Positions 9,278 to 19,793 of a DNA stretch of 64,000 nt are shown one piece after another. Origin of the DNA: Planctomycetota bacterium (GTDB lineage Bacteria; Planctomycetota; B15-G4); contig CBDFJQ010000002.1 of assembly GCA_965248575.1 (NCBI GenBank), forward strand, positions 4,928,001 to 4,992,000. Direction: 5' to 3'. The notes under the pieces were generated by a model. It was not told the origin of the DNA, searched no databases, and saw only the letters and a program-made list of their open reading frames with translations. Made by a program: the position numbers and the translations under genes. How positions within the stretch are numbered: position 1 is the stretch's first letter; every line of letters begins with the position of its first letter.

Positions 9278-9793
9278 ATGGCTCGCTTGAAGTTCGCGTT
9301 GTACTTTTCGATCGGCGGCTGGATCGTCTACGGCCTGATGGGTATGGGCGGCGGCAAGGACGTGCACGCCAGCAACAACCTCATCGGTCAGCCGGCGCCG
9401 CCCATGAGCGTGGCCACCTGGTTGACGCCGCCTCCCGACCCGGCGGGGCGCATGGTGCTGGTGGATCTCTGGGCGACCTGGTGCCCTCCGTGCCGGGCTG
9501 CCATCCCGGAGCTGAACGACTTGCAGCGTCGCTTCGCCGATCGCCTGGTGGTGGTGGGCATCTCCGACGAGAGCCCCGAGCAGGTACGGGCCATGACGAG
9601 CCCCGAGATCGAGTACTCGCTGGGCGTGGATCCCCTGGGGCGCATGAAGAACGCCGTGGGCGTCACGGGCATCCCGCACGTCTTGCTGGTGGACCCCGAT
9701 GGCATCGTGCGCTGGCAGGGTTTCCCGTTCGAGAGCGGGCACGAGCTGACGGCCGAGGTGGTGGAAGAGCTGCTCGACGAGTACGTCGACTGA
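9278..9793 (+). CDS. TlpA-family thioredoxin-like disulfide reductase, membrane anchored
   Basis: WATWCPPC motif and GIP cis-Pro loop; GGAGG RBS at 9266-9270. Confidence 0.9.
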   Translation: MARLKFALYFSIGGWIVYGLMGMGGGKDVHASNNLIGQPAPPMSVATWLTPPPDPAGRMVLVDLWATWCPPCRAAIPELNDLQRRFADRLVVVGISDESPEQVRAMTSPEIEYSLGVDPLGRMKNAVGVTGIPHVLLVDPDGIVRWQGFPFESGHELTAEVVEELLDEYVD

Positions 9794-9795
9794 GG

Positions 9796-11454
<1,659 letters not shown>

Positions 11455-11562
11455 GATGGGGCTCCGTCTTTCAGCAGCAAGGAGGTCGAGATCGAAGGGC
11501 GGGTGCCCGGAACGCCCCGCGAGACCTGCGGGGGGCTCGCCTGATCGGGGGCCGACCTTACG

Positions 11563-12006
11563 TCAGTCGGCGGCAAACGTCACGGTTTCGAACAGGCGTG
11601 GCCCGCCCTCGAGGGTCTTGTGCACCGGGCAGCGGCTGGTCACTTGTTCCAGCCGGGCTTTCTGCGCGTCGTCGAAGGTGCCGGTGAGCAGGACCTCGGA
11701 TCGGATCACATCCAGCTTGGTGTCGCCGTTCTGCTCGCACTCCGGGCAGTCCCGTGCCAGCTCGCGCGTGAAAGTTGAACGCACGCTGACGGAGCTGAGC
11801 GGGATGTCCTTGTGACGGGCGTACATGCGCAGGGTGAGCGCCATGCACGAACCGAGCGCGCTCATGAGCAGCTCGTAGGGGGTCGGCCCGGTGTCTGTTC
11901 CGCCCGAGGCGACGGGTTCGTCGGCAGACCAGCTGTGCTGTTGCGCCGCGATCTGGACGGCCGTGCCCTCTCCAAGGGTGGTATGGACCGTGGGAGCGTC
12001 GGTCAT
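11563..12006 (-). CDS. OsmC family protein
   Basis: ADEP..GG.D.GP.PYELL.SALGSC and RCPVHKTL motifs. Confidence 0.92.
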   Translation of the reverse strand: MTDAPTVHTTLGEGTAVQIAAQQHSWSADEPVASGGTDTGPTPYELLMSALGSCMALTLRMYARHKDIPLSSVSVRSTFTRELARDCPECEQNGDTKLDVIRSEVLLTGTFDDAQKARLEQVTSRCPVHKTLEGGPRLFETVTFAAD

Positions 12007-12141
12007 GCAGACATCCTCGAATGGGGCTTGGGAGAGGGAGCTCGGAAGTGCGCGGCGGGAGATCGTAGCCGACGGGCCGCCAGCCACAGCGACATGGGAG
12101 CGCGTGTCTCCCTTCCGCCGATGCAGAGGCGATGCGACTCC

Positions 12142-12255
12142 CTGTTCAAGGCGCTGGGCATCTCAGTGGGTGGTGAGGTCACGGGGCCCTTGGTGACGTC
12201 CTTCGTCGGTGCCGTCGTCTTGCTGTTCGTGGTGGGCCTGCTGAAGCAGGGCTAG
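12142..12255 (+). pseudogene. C-terminal remnant of a GlsB/YeaQ/YmgE (transglycosylase-associated) membrane protein
   Basis: LFKALGISVGG..GPLVTSFVGAVVLLFVVGLLK matches the last helix of this family; no N-terminal helices are visible upstream in any frame. Confidence 0.6.
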
Positions 12256-12416
12256 CTAGCGGGCCCATGCCCCTCTCTGCGGGTGTTTTCCGATTCCCGC
12301 TCCCCCTCGATTCAGAGCCACGAGTATGGTGGGTACGCTTTGGATCGAGAATGCGGGTGAAAAGGCCATTTCCTATTGGGTTTGGCTGATTCGGGAAACA
12401 GAGTTTGGAGAGACTC

Positions 12417-14477
12417 ATGCATATGCAAGGTGTTGTCGTTGCGATCGCGCTTCTCTCAGGAGCGCTCGCCGCCCAACTCGACGACCTGCAGCCGGGACGA
12501 AACTTTCCCACCGCGGCTTCCGCCTTCGGGACGGGTCGTTCCGAAAACCTCGATGTAGGCGACGCCGACAACGATGGCGACATCGATGTGGTGGTGGCCA
12601 ACGGCGGCGACGGCTCGCCGCAACTGAACCCGCTCTACTTGAACCAGGGCGGCATTCAAGGCGGGGTCGAAGGGACCTTCCTCGACGTGACGGCGACTCG
12701 CATTCCTGGTGCGATCGTGGACACGAGTCGGGATGTCGATCTCGTGGACTGGGACGGCGACGGGGACCTGGACCTCTACGTCGCCAACCGTGGCACCACC
12801 GTGAACGGGGGTGAAGTGAGCCGCACCTACCTGAATCAGGGCGGCAAGGAGTCAGGTTCGATCGGCTTCTTCTCCGAGAACACGGCCAGCTTCTGGGGCA
12901 CCCTCGTGGACGTGCCCCTGGGCCAGGAGGATGGCGTCCAGGATGGGCAGGGCCCGTTCCGGGACTTCACCTGTGACTGCGAGTTCGCGGACATGGATGA
13001 CGACGGCGACCTGGACCTCTTCCACAGCAGCTATGGCCCTAACATCAACGGGGCCTTCACCAGCCGTGTGTTTCTGAACGACGGAGTGGGACGCTTCGAC
13101 GAACTCTGGCCTTGGGCGAACCCCACTGCCGACACGAAGATGCACACCTTCGACATCGACATCGCCGATTACGACGGGGACTTCGACCTCGATGTCTTTG
13201 CGAGCAGCCGCAACTCGCAGGCGCGCGTGTTCCGCAACAACCTGTCGGGCGGTGCTTGGGCGGGAGACCCGTTCACCGACATCACCGGGCCTGCCTTGCT
13301 CGACAATGGCGCGGCCCAGACGGGGGGAAGCAACTACGAGGTGGAGTTTGGCGACCTCGACGGGGATGGAGACTTCGACGTCTGGCTCATGAACTACAAC
13401 GGTTTCACCGACAAGTTGTTGCAGAACGACGGTGGTGAGTTCTTCGTCACGAACTGGATCAAGGGCGACCCCAACGTCGATGATGAAGAGGTCGACTTTC
13501 TCGACTACGACGGAGATGGAGATCTCGACACCTTCAACGCCAATTTCTCAGGCACGAACTACATCTATCAATCGAGCCTGGCCCAGGGGATCGCCTTCTC
13601 TGAGGGTGTCTTCCATCGCACCGGGACCGGCCTCGCACCCAACCCCGAAGCGCCATCCTCCGGCAATGGTTCGACGACCCTGGACGGTGAGTGTGCGGAC
13701 ATGGATGGCGATGGCGACACGGACATCCTGCTCGCGAACGACAACAACGCCCCCAACAAGTATTGGGAGAACACGCTGGGCGTCCCGGACACGCACGCCC
13801 CGGATTTCGCGGCGATCACGCAGCAGGGCAACAAGTCCGATGGCAGCGACACCATCATCCATGCCGTCGTGCTCGACAATGACCCCTACTACATCATCAC
13901 CTTCCATGACGTCGACCTGTTCTACAGCGTCGGCGGTGGGGCCGAGACCTGCGTGCAGATGTGGCACCAAGGCGGGCAACAGTTCCGGGCGGTCATCCCC
14001 GGCGAGCTGGACGGCACGATCAGCTACCGCGTCGAAGCCACCGATGGCAACGGGAACACGGGCGCAAGCGCTGCGGCCAACTACGTCCAGACCAGCGCCG
14101 GCACACCGCTTTGGGAGAACCTGGGCTGTGGCACCAGCGGGGTGTCCGGCGATGTCTACCTGTCGCTGTCGGGCGACCAAGTGGCGGGACAGAGCGTCAG
14201 CCTGCGGCTCAGAGACGCGGCACCGAGTGCCTTCTTCCTCACTTGGCTGTCGTTCAGCTCGACACCCTTCCAGGCCTTGGGCGGTGACGTGTACGCCTTC
14301 CCCTTCACGACACAGGTCCTGGCGGCGACGGATGCCGCGGGAATGTTTGACGCCTCGACCACCTGGCCGCCGGGCGTTCCCTCTGGCACACAGACCTACT
14401 GGCAGTCCATCGTGCAGGATGCCTCCTCGATCCACGGGCTCGTGCTGTCCAACGCAGTCAGGGGCACCTCGCCCTGA
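12417..14477 (+). CDS. Secreted FG-GAP/VCBS repeat protein with Ig-like region and shared C-terminal domain
   Basis: Signal peptide; about seven DxDxDGDxD repeats; C-terminal WENLG...LSNAVRGTSP domain. Start could be 12405-12423. Confidence 0.88.
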   Translation: MHMQGVVVAIALLSGALAAQLDDLQPGRNFPTAASAFGTGRSENLDVGDADNDGDIDVVVANGGDGSPQLNPLYLNQGGIQGGVEGTFLDVTATRIPGAIVDTSRDVDLVDWDGDGDLDLYVANRGTTVNGGEVSRTYLNQGGKESGSIGFFSENTASFWGTLVDVPLGQEDGVQDGQGPFRDFTCDCEFADMDDDGDLDLFHSSYGPNINGAFTSRVFLNDGVGRFDELWPWANPTADTKMHTFDIDIADYDGDFDLDVFASSRNSQARVFRNNLSGGAWAGDPFTDITGPALLDNGAAQTGGSNYEVEFGDLDGDGDFDVWLMNYNGFTDKLLQNDGGEFFVTNWIKGDPNVDDEEVDFLDYDGDGDLDTFNANFSGTNYIYQSSLAQGIAFSEGVFHRTGTGLAPNPEAPSSGNGSTTLDGECADMDGDGDTDILLANDNNAPNKYWENTLGVPDTHAPDFAAITQQGNKSDGSDTIIHAVVLDNDPYYIITFHDVDLFYSVGGGAETCVQMWHQGGQQFRAVIPGELDGTISYRVEATDGNGNTGASAAANYVQTSAGTPLWENLGCGTSGVSGDVYLSLSGDQVAGQSVSLRLRDAAPSAFFLTWLSFSSTPFQALGGDVYAFPFTTQVLAATDAAGMFDASTTWPPGVPSGTQTYWQSIVQDASSIHGLVLSNAVRGTSP

Positions 14478-14682
14478 GGCAGCCCCGCCTCGGCCTGCTC
14501 TGCTAGACTTCGGGGCGACATCATCGTCGGAGTCGCGGGGCCACGTGTGCGCCACCGCCCGACCACGATCTCTTGAAGGGCACGGTTGTGGCCCGGGCAT
14601 CTGCAGGGCCCCCTTCAGGAACAGTCCGCGACGAGTCTGAGGTTCTCCAACCGGCACTGGCGCGGGAGAGGGAGTCCTTCCG

Positions 14683-16722
14683 ATGTGTGATCGACCTGGA
14701 TCTGTGGGCCGCCTTGTGCGTGTTTCGTCGCTTGTGGTTGTGTGGTTCTGGCTGAGCCTCCCAGGGGTTGGTGCCTTCGCTGCCGTCTCCACTGACGTCC
14801 CGGCGGGCGAGCTGCGAGGGGGCCTGGACGGACAGGGCGCATGGGCAGCCCTCTTGGAGTTCCTGGACCGGGATGGGGATGGACTGCTCTCCCGCTACGA
14901 GGGTGCCGAAGCGTTCTTGCACCTGGTCTCCGAAGCCGATGGGAACGGCGACGGCGTGCTCCATGAGCAGGAGGCCCTGAGCTTCTTCAAGACGAGTCGG
15001 GAGGAGGAAGAGGCCGAGCGCCTGGAATTCCTGGATGAGCTGGACGCGGATCGGGACGCTGCCCTCTCGCTCTCGGAATTTCCGGATGAGCTACGCCCTT
15101 CCTTCCCGCAGGTCGATGTCGATGGGGATGGTCGGATCACGGCAAGCGAGCTGCTGTCTGCAGAGGATCTGGGCGATCCCGTGCAGCTGTTCGAGCAGGA
15201 GTTGCTGATGTTCCTGAGCAGTGTCGATGCCGATGGGGATGGTTCGTTTGGGCTCGACGACCTGCCGCCCGAGGGCCGCATGGAGTTCGAGCAGGAGTTC
15301 CGTCGGCTGGATCTCAACGGGAATGACCTGCTGAGCGAGCAAGAACTCCTGGCCTTGGTGCGTGAGGAGCTGCAAGGCGCCAGCTTCGAAGTCCGAGGCC
15401 ATTTGGCCGTAGTGACGGGTGTGCTGGGAGCATCCACCCCGGGGCGCCTGCTGGAGCTTGCGCTGGAGCACCCCGAAGTTGACACCTTGGTGTTGCATGA
15501 CGTGCCGGGGTCCATCGACGATGAGTCGAACCTGCGCGCTGCCCGCTTCGTGCGTCGTTTGGGTTACGCCACCCATGTTCCCGCCGATGGCACGGTGGCT
15601 TCGGGGGGGACGGATTTCTTTCTCGCAGGTGCGACGAGGACGGCCGAGACCGGTGCCCGATTCGGTGTGCACTCGTGGGGAGGGCTCGGCGAGGAGGGTT
15701 CGCTCGTCCCCGCCGACGATCCCGAGCACGAGAAGTACCTGAGCTTCTATCGCGACATGGCGATTCCTGAAGCTTTCTACTGGTTCACGCTGCACGCGGC
15801 GTCCGCCGAGGACATCCACTGGATGACCCCCGTCGAGCTCGAGCGCTTCCGGGTGCTCAGCACGGGTTCAGGCCCCGAGCCTGCCGCGCCCCAGACCGCC
15901 CTGGCGAAGGTCGGCGGGTGCGTCCTGGCCGCGCCGGCGGCCACGGCGCCCGAGGACCTCTTTCACGTAGGTCGCGTGCTCCAGAAGGAGGAGCTGGCCC
16001 CCTTGTCCAAGACGCTCATGGCTTGTGGCATCGAACTGGCTGCGGAGCAGGAGGTGCCGGACGTGTTTCTGGAGCGGGTCGGTGCGGTCGTTGCTGAGAT
16101 CTTCCGTGTGACGGAGAGCACGGACGAGCGGCTCCAACAGTCCGTGATGAAGCACCTCTATGAGTACAAGGCCTTGCTGCCCGTGCCTCGCAGCGAGGAG
16201 AGTCTCGCTCGCTTGGAGCGCAACCACGCTCAGGTGTTCGAGGAGCTGGAGGCGTCCCACAGCGTGTGCGACATCATCATGGCGGAGGTCCCGAGGGGGC
16301 TCGTCATGGAGGTCGTGGAGCATGTCCTGCACACCGTCAGCGACGTGGGTCTTCACGTCAGCTTCCCGGAGGCATGGGGCCTCGACCGCGGCTCGCTGCT
16401 CTGGGCCGCCATGCAGGAGGCCATTCAAGCGGGACACTACGACGTGACCTCCTACGACTATTTGGACGGAGCGCCCCAAGACGTCGTGGACCGCATCCTC
16501 CTGCAGGAGTTCGCGTACTGGTTCATCACCACGGCTTGGGACTTGCAAGGGGACTACGGGCCCGACGAAGACGAGTGGACCGTGCGCGACCCCAGAGAGC
16601 TGCGGGCTGCAATGCCGGAGTTCTATGCCGTCTATGAGCGCACGGCCGGGCGCGTTCTGTCGGCCCCCAGGCCGCAGACGCTCGCGGCCATCGGCCCGAC
16701 GCGAGCTGAAGAAGGCCGCTAG
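14683..16722 (+). CDS. Secreted multi-EF-hand protein with ClpP/crotonase-like domain and zincin-like C-terminus
   Basis: Six DxDxDG-type loops; PGS.DD..NL...ASGGTDFFLAG..R....A.FGVHSW; EVVEHVLH...QEFAYW. Start uncertain. Confidence 0.7.
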   Translation: MCDRPGSVGRLVRVSSLVVVWFWLSLPGVGAFAAVSTDVPAGELRGGLDGQGAWAALLEFLDRDGDGLLSRYEGAEAFLHLVSEADGNGDGVLHEQEALSFFKTSREEEEAERLEFLDELDADRDAALSLSEFPDELRPSFPQVDVDGDGRITASELLSAEDLGDPVQLFEQELLMFLSSVDADGDGSFGLDDLPPEGRMEFEQEFRRLDLNGNDLLSEQELLALVREELQGASFEVRGHLAVVTGVLGASTPGRLLELALEHPEVDTLVLHDVPGSIDDESNLRAARFVRRLGYATHVPADGTVASGGTDFFLAGATRTAETGARFGVHSWGGLGEEGSLVPADDPEHEKYLSFYRDMAIPEAFYWFTLHAASAEDIHWMTPVELERFRVLSTGSGPEPAAPQTALAKVGGCVLAAPAATAPEDLFHVGRVLQKEELAPLSKTLMACGIELAAEQEVPDVFLERVGAVVAEIFRVTESTDERLQQSVMKHLYEYKALLPVPRSEESLARLERNHAQVFEELEASHSVCDIIMAEVPRGLVMEVVEHVLHTVSDVGLHVSFPEAWGLDRGSLLWAAMQEAIQAGHYDVTSYDYLDGAPQDVVDRILLQEFAYWFITTAWDLQGDYGPDEDEWTVRDPRELRAAMPEFYAVYERTAGRVLSAPRPQTLAAIGPTRAEEGR

Positions 16723-16730
16723 GATCAGGC

Positions 16731-18365
16731 TCAGTCCAGGAGTCCGGCCGCCTCCAGGGTCGCGGGCGTGACAAGCGCGCCGGCCTCCAGACCCAGAGAG
16801 GCTTCCATGTCTTCGACTTCTGTCAGCACGCGCCCGGGAAGTTTTGCAGCGACCGGCTCGGATCGGGAGCTGGCGAGCGCGAGCAGACGGCGTGCCTCTT
16901 CGGGCTGTTCGCGAAGGAGTGCGTAGCAGATTTCTCCTGTCAGTGCGGCCAGGGTGTACTTGCTGTCTGCTGCCCAGAAACCCTCGCCGTGGGGGAGGGC
17001 GGCACCAGCCTTGGGCGCCTCACCGATGTAGCCCAGGGCCCGCAAGCTCTCGAGCATCTCCTCCTCGTCCGCGTCCCCCACAGGGGTGGCGTGCGAGACG
17101 GCTTCCCAGGTGCTGTCCCAACGCGCCACGCGGGCGATGGGGCGCTCGTCGAGGAATCCCCCTCGGAACACACCAGCTTCGATGCGGCCCGGCAACTCGT
17201 CGGACACGGGAAGGTTCAGGAGGCTTGCGAGCAAGGGCACGACATCGATGGTGGTCAGCCCCGTGATGCTGCCCGGGGCGATGTCCGGCCCCGCGGCCAG
17301 GAAAAGGCCATCGGGGCGGTGGTGCCCGCTCAGGACGATGCCTTTGTTGTCCCGCTCGGCCACGCCGTCCCGAGCCGATCCGAAGCCGTGGTCCGAGACG
17401 ACCACGACATTGACGTCGCCCTGATAGCAGGCGAGCAAATCGCCCAGGGCCTCATCGATGACCCGGTAGGCCTCGGGGATGACGTCGCCCAACAAGGCTT
17501 TCTCCGAGTCGCTCGCAGGGGTCTTGAAGTCCGTATCGTCGTAGGCGCGCCAACTTGCATGGGAGGCGTGATCCACGATGCGGAAGTAGCTTGTGAAGAA
17601 GTCGAAGCGCTCGGTACTCAGGGCTTCCACGGACAGGCGGCGGATCGCTTCGTCGCGCACGGCGACCGAGTCGACGCGGCCGGCCATGATGCCCGTTGCG
17701 TGCGCGTAGGGGCTGGTGGGGTCCAGGGCGTCTGCTGCGTCGTAGTTCCAAGGGAACATCCGGTCGTAGAGCGCTTGGGTCGCTGCGGGGGCTTCCAACT
17801 CACGCAGCGTTCGGGTCAGTTCAAACCGCAGTCGCTGTGGATGGGTGGCGCCGGGAGTTCCGGCGATGAACCGGTCGGAGATCATGACGCCGTTCACCAC
17901 TTCTGCTGGGTGACTGACGTACCAACCGATGACGCCTACGGTCTTCCCGTGATCCGAGGCGATGTTCCAGAGCGCGGGGTCCTGGCGCAGGTCGGAGCTC
18001 ACGGGGCGCGGCGTCGCCTGGTCAGAGAAGGGGTAGGTGAAGCCGAGGATGCCGTGGCTGCGAGCGAAGGTCCCCGTGGCAAGGGTGGTCCAGACCACAG
18101 GCGACGATTGCGGTGCCATGGACAGCAGCGGGCCACGTATGCCGCGTTCGATCAGGCCCCTGAAGTTGGGCAGTTCGCCCTGGGCCAGCATGGGGTCCAT
18201 GACGTCCCAGGTGGCCCCATCGACTGCGACGAGCAGCAGGGGAGTTGAGGTCTCTTCGGCCCCACAGGCGCAGCCGAGTACCAGGACCAAGCCTGCAGCC
18301 ACGAGGCGGAGTGCGTGCGTGCTGGAGCTGAGGTCACGGAAGCGCGGTGGGCATGCGAAACCCAT
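16731..18365 (-). CDS. Alkaline phosphatase superfamily (type I phosphodiesterase/nucleotide pyrophosphatase) protein
   Basis: VDGATW, SPVVWTTLATG..HGI, DHASH, SDHGF, HRPDG and LRALGYI motifs. Confidence 0.9.
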   Translation of the reverse strand: MGFACPPRFRDLSSSTHALRLVAAGLVLVLGCACGAEETSTPLLLVAVDGATWDVMDPMLAQGELPNFRGLIERGIRGPLLSMAPQSSPVVWTTLATGTFARSHGILGFTYPFSDQATPRPVSSDLRQDPALWNIASDHGKTVGVIGWYVSHPAEVVNGVMISDRFIAGTPGATHPQRLRFELTRTLRELEAPAATQALYDRMFPWNYDAADALDPTSPYAHATGIMAGRVDSVAVRDEAIRRLSVEALSTERFDFFTSYFRIVDHASHASWRAYDDTDFKTPASDSEKALLGDVIPEAYRVIDEALGDLLACYQGDVNVVVVSDHGFGSARDGVAERDNKGIVLSGHHRPDGLFLAAGPDIAPGSITGLTTIDVVPLLASLLNLPVSDELPGRIEAGVFRGGFLDERPIARVARWDSTWEAVSHATPVGDADEEEMLESLRALGYIGEAPKAGAALPHGEGFWAADSKYTLAALTGEICYALLREQPEEARRLLALASSRSEPVAAKLPGRVLTEVEDMEASLGLEAGALVTPATLEAAGLLD

Positions 18366-18397
18366 GGACGAACTCTCGGTGGGCGGAGCCGGGATCC

Positions 18398-18457
18398 AAA
18401 ACGAAAGCTCCCCCGGGGGGAGCTACCAACTGAGGGTAGCTCACCAGCCCGGGGGAG
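18398..18457 (-). terminator. Probable intrinsic terminator after the tail-collar genes
   Basis: Minus strand reads agctccccccgggggagct followed by ttcgtttt; nested in a longer ctcccccggg/cccgggggag stem. Confidence 0.55.
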
Positions 18458-18511
18458 ACGATCCGCCCGAAGGAGTCGCTGCGCGGAGACGAATCGCCGC
18501 CCATCGAACCG

Positions 18512-19030
18512 TTAGCTACGCGAGGGGTAGATGCCCTGGAGCGCGATCACATAGGTAATGGTCAGGTACGGCATCATGTTGTCATGGGCGCCACTGCCAC
18601 CCGTTTCGTTCACGATGTCTGCATTCATGGTGGCGGCTCCCGAGGGCCCGTACAGGTCGTCCGTGGTGGCGCGGGTCTTGGCGTTGAACATTCCTGCGGG
18701 GTCATCCGAGTTGCCCCGTTCAGCAGCGCAGCGGAAGCCATGGCGGTGTGCCGGCATCTGTGCGCTGGTCAAGGTGACCGTCTGCTCGCCGCCCTTGGAG
18801 CCGAGACTGCGCGTCGAGAGACCAGGGCCCGTCCCCTCGTGGATGGGTGCTCGGCCTCGCAGATCAGGCAGTGCGAACGTGCTCTTCCCGTCGCCGCCGT
18901 AGGTCGTGCCGAGAATCGAGAAGAGCGACGTATTCGAGCTGATGGACAAGAGCTGCCCATCACAGTTGGCCCAGCCGCGAGGTGCGAAGTTGCCGCCAAA
19001 CATCATGATCTGACCAATGAATGGATCCAT
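18512..19030 (-). CDS. Phage tail-collar domain protein (microcystin-dependent-protein-like), copy 1
   Basis: FIGQIMMFGGNFAPRGWANCDGQLL...LFSILGTTYGGDG..TFALPDLRGR...H.N.MPYL...IALQGIYP. Confidence 0.93.
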   Translation of the reverse strand: MDPFIGQIMMFGGNFAPRGWANCDGQLLSISSNTSLFSILGTTYGGDGKSTFALPDLRGRAPIHEGTGPGLSTRSLGSKGGEQTVTLTSAQMPAHRHGFRCAAERGNSDDPAGMFNAKTRATTDDLYGPSGAATMNADIVNETGGSGAHDNMMPYLTITYVIALQGIYPSRS

Positions 19031-19146
19031 GAGATCCTCCTGGGTGCCTAAGGGGTGGGGTTCAACTGAGGTAGCTCGCCAGCCCGGGGGAGACGATCCG
19101 CCCGAAGGAATGGCTGCGCGGAGACGAATCGCCGCCCATCGAACCG

Positions 19147-19665
19147 TTAGTTGCGTGAGGGGTAGATGCCCTGGAGCGCGATCACGTAGGTGACGGTCAG
19201 GTACGGCATCATGTTGTCGTGGGCACCGCTACCACCCGTTTCGTTCACGATGTCTGCATTCATGGTGGCGGCTCCCGAGGGCCCGTACAGGTCGTCCGTG
19301 GTGGCGCGGGTCTTGGCGTTGAACATTCCTGCGGGGTCATCCGAGTTGCCCCGTTCAGCAGCGCAGCGGAAGCCATGGCGGTGTGCCGGCATCTGTGCGC
19401 TGGTCAAGGTGACCGTCTGCTCGCCGCCCTTGGAGCCGAGACTGCGCGTCGAGAGACCAGGGCCCGTCCCCTCGTGGATGGGTGCTCGGCCTCGCAGATC
19501 AGGCAGTGCGAACGTGCTCTTCCCGTCGCCGCCGTAGGTCGTGCCGAGAATCGAGAAGAGCGACGTATTCGAGCTGATGGACAAGAGCTGCCCATCACAG
19601 TTGGCCCAGCCGCGAGGTGCGAAGTTGCCGCCAAACATCATGATCTGACCAATGAATGGATCCAT
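19147..19665 (-). CDS. Phage tail-collar domain protein, copy 2
   Basis: Differs from copy 1 at only two residues (I/V and the terminal S/N). Confidence 0.93.
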   Translation of the reverse strand: MDPFIGQIMMFGGNFAPRGWANCDGQLLSISSNTSLFSILGTTYGGDGKSTFALPDLRGRAPIHEGTGPGLSTRSLGSKGGEQTVTLTSAQMPAHRHGFRCAAERGNSDDPAGMFNAKTRATTDDLYGPSGAATMNADIVNETGGSGAHDNMMPYLTVTYVIALQGIYPSRN

Positions 19666-19793
19666 GAGATCCTCCTGGGTCGTAAGGGGTGGGGGGGTGT
19701 TGGGGGAAAGTCAGGAAGGTGCGGAAATGAGCCCAGGACCTCAGCCCCTGCGTACCTGAGAGCCCTTCCTGCGTTCAATGAAGGGGCAGCGAC

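Larger units (their letters stand above)
18427..19694. repeat. Tandem direct duplication, unit ~635 bp (18427-19060 and 19063-19694)
   Basis: Both units include the gene, its RBS and the downstream non-coding sequence. Confidence 0.97.

Noticed and set aside
18450..18512. Glycine-riboswitch-like GGAGA...CCGAAGGAG (also at ~19085-19145)
   Set aside because: It lacks the downstream CUCUCAGG element and is antisense to, and downstream of, the adjacent genes.
18512..19240. Diversity-generating retroelement (variable 3' end of tail-fibre-like duplicates)
   Set aside because: Differences are mostly synonymous C/T and G/A transitions, not adenine-specific on one template, and there is no reverse transcriptase in the window.
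19685..19706. G-rich run (possible G-quadruplex or phase-variable tract) upstream of collar copy 2
   Set aside because: Short, interrupted runs are expected in GC-rich DNA, and there is no evidence of function.
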